From assembly GCF_006345805.1 (NCBI RefSeq), contig NC_043003.1:105338001-105402000 (forward strand): a stretch of 64,000 nt of DNA, in the 5' to 3' direction. Made by a program: the position numbers and the translations under genes. The DNA is from Octopus sinensis. Lineage: Eukaryota. Positions 62,638-64,000 of the stretch are shown here, piece by piece. The notes beneath the pieces were generated by a model, which ran no database searches, was not told the origin of the DNA, and saw nothing but the letters and a program-made list of their open reading frames with translations. Numbering within the stretch: position 1 is the stretch's first letter; each line of letters begins with the position of its first letter.

Positions 62638-63040
62638 TCCTTACTCTTTTATTCTTTTACTTGTTTCAGTCATTTGCTGGAGCACTGCCTTTAGTCGAGC
62701 AGATCGACCTCAGGACATATTCTTTGTAAGCCTAGTACTTATTCTATCGGTCTCTTTTGCTGAACTGCTAAGTTACGGGGTCGGAAACACACCAGCATCG
62801 GTTGTCAAGCAATGCTAGGGAGACAAACACAGACACACACACATATACACTCACACACACATATATATATACATATATACAACGGGCTTCTTTCAGTTTC
62901 CGTCTACCAAATCCACTCACAAAGCTTTGGTCAGCCCGAGGCTATAGCAGAAGACACTTGCCCAAGGTGCCACACAGTGGGACTGAACCCGGAACCATGT
63001 GGTTGGTAAGCAAGCTACTTACCACACAACCACTCCTACG

Positions 63041-63042
<2 letters not shown>
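62636..63042 (-). mobile_element. SINE family A
   Basis: Family consensus match. Confidence 0.9.
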
Positions 63043-63073
<31 letters not shown>

Positions 63074-63556
63074 TCATCATCATTTAATGTACTGGTCCCA
63101 TAGAGGCATACATTGAATGGTTAAGGAGTCTGAGGACTATGTTGGCCTCGAGTGTCTGTTTTGAAATGGTTCCTACAGCTGGATAGCCTTCCTTTTTGTA
63201 GCACTGGAACTAATGAGGCCACCAAATAACTCACAAGACAAGACCCCATTCACAAAGTGGTGGAGCAGTAACGGTGGCTTTGTGCCAGGTGTAGTGAAAG
63301 AGGGACAAGTGTAAGGGTCTTGCTGTGAAGGAGATACAGATATACCCCCAGCAGGAAAGGGTGGGGGAATGGTGCAAATGGGTTATTAAGGCATGCCCTT
63401 AATGTACAAGTAGAGGGACAGAAAAAGAATGGGGGCACAGAACCAAGAATTCCACTCACAATGCTTTGGTTGGCTTGAGGCTAGAGGCTAGAGTGGGACT
63501 GAACCTAGAACCATGTGGTTGGTAAGCAAGCTATTTACAACACAGCTACTCCTGTG

Positions 63557-63557
<1 letters not shown>

Positions 63558-63650
<93 letters not shown>

Positions 63651-63740
63651 TATATATATATATATATAATATATATATATATTATATATATATATATATA
63701 TACTTATATATATATATACTTACATATATATATATAATAT
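63558..63740. repeat. Long (TA)n microsatellite; others include 24990-25200, 61480-61585 and 33930-33993
   Basis: Directly visible. Confidence 0.95.
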
Positions 63741-64000
63741 ATTGTGTCTGGGGAGAGTCATTCTGTTTTAATGTCTTATTAATTAACACACTCACCAGTT
63801 CAGTTTCCATTCATTTATTATTTGTTCACCTACATTGCTAGAAATAAGAGTTAAAATACTCTTAATCCTAAAAGAAGAGCATAAATATGTATATATATAG
63901 ATATACTGACAGCAGAGGTAACCATGCCATGATCATCCCAAGGATCAATGAGACTTAGCCTAGTTTTGCTCACACCATAGGCATCGTCTGTGCTGACTGC

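Overview
AT-rich eukaryotic genomic DNA, most likely a cephalopod such as Octopus. That assignment is inferred from the (TA)n/(CAT)n microsatellites and the tRNA-derived SINE and RTE repeat landscape. No prokaryotic features or CRISPR arrays are present. One gene is unambiguous: an ADP/ATP translocase with an intact, intronless 302-aa CDS (44447-45355, +). It has a non-coding first exon at about 41486-41583 and a compact promoter carrying NRF-1-like, CRE, E-box and Inr motifs. The protein has plant/fungal-type rather than vertebrate/arthropod-type ANT signatures. A convergent minus-strand gene of unknown function starts with an acidic/Asn-rich and coiled-coil exon (57519-56857) and has several candidate downstream exons. 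A second, more speculative spliced minus-strand gene may span about 35.4 kb to 4.6 kb. Most of the rest is transposon-derived: three tRNA-SINE families, many 5'-truncated RTE LINE copies with a VNTR in their 3' UTR, R4/RLE and CR1 tails, a full-length mariner, a Tc1, mariner/piggyBac/Tigger-type MITEs, Helitron-like elements and a solo LTR. The least expected signal is a set of short non-coding repeats carrying minimal type-I hammerhead-ribozyme-like cores of the Penelope type. Several of these sit at the apex or loop of long fold-back palindromes. All repeat and exon calls were made by eye, and many repeat boundaries are approximate.
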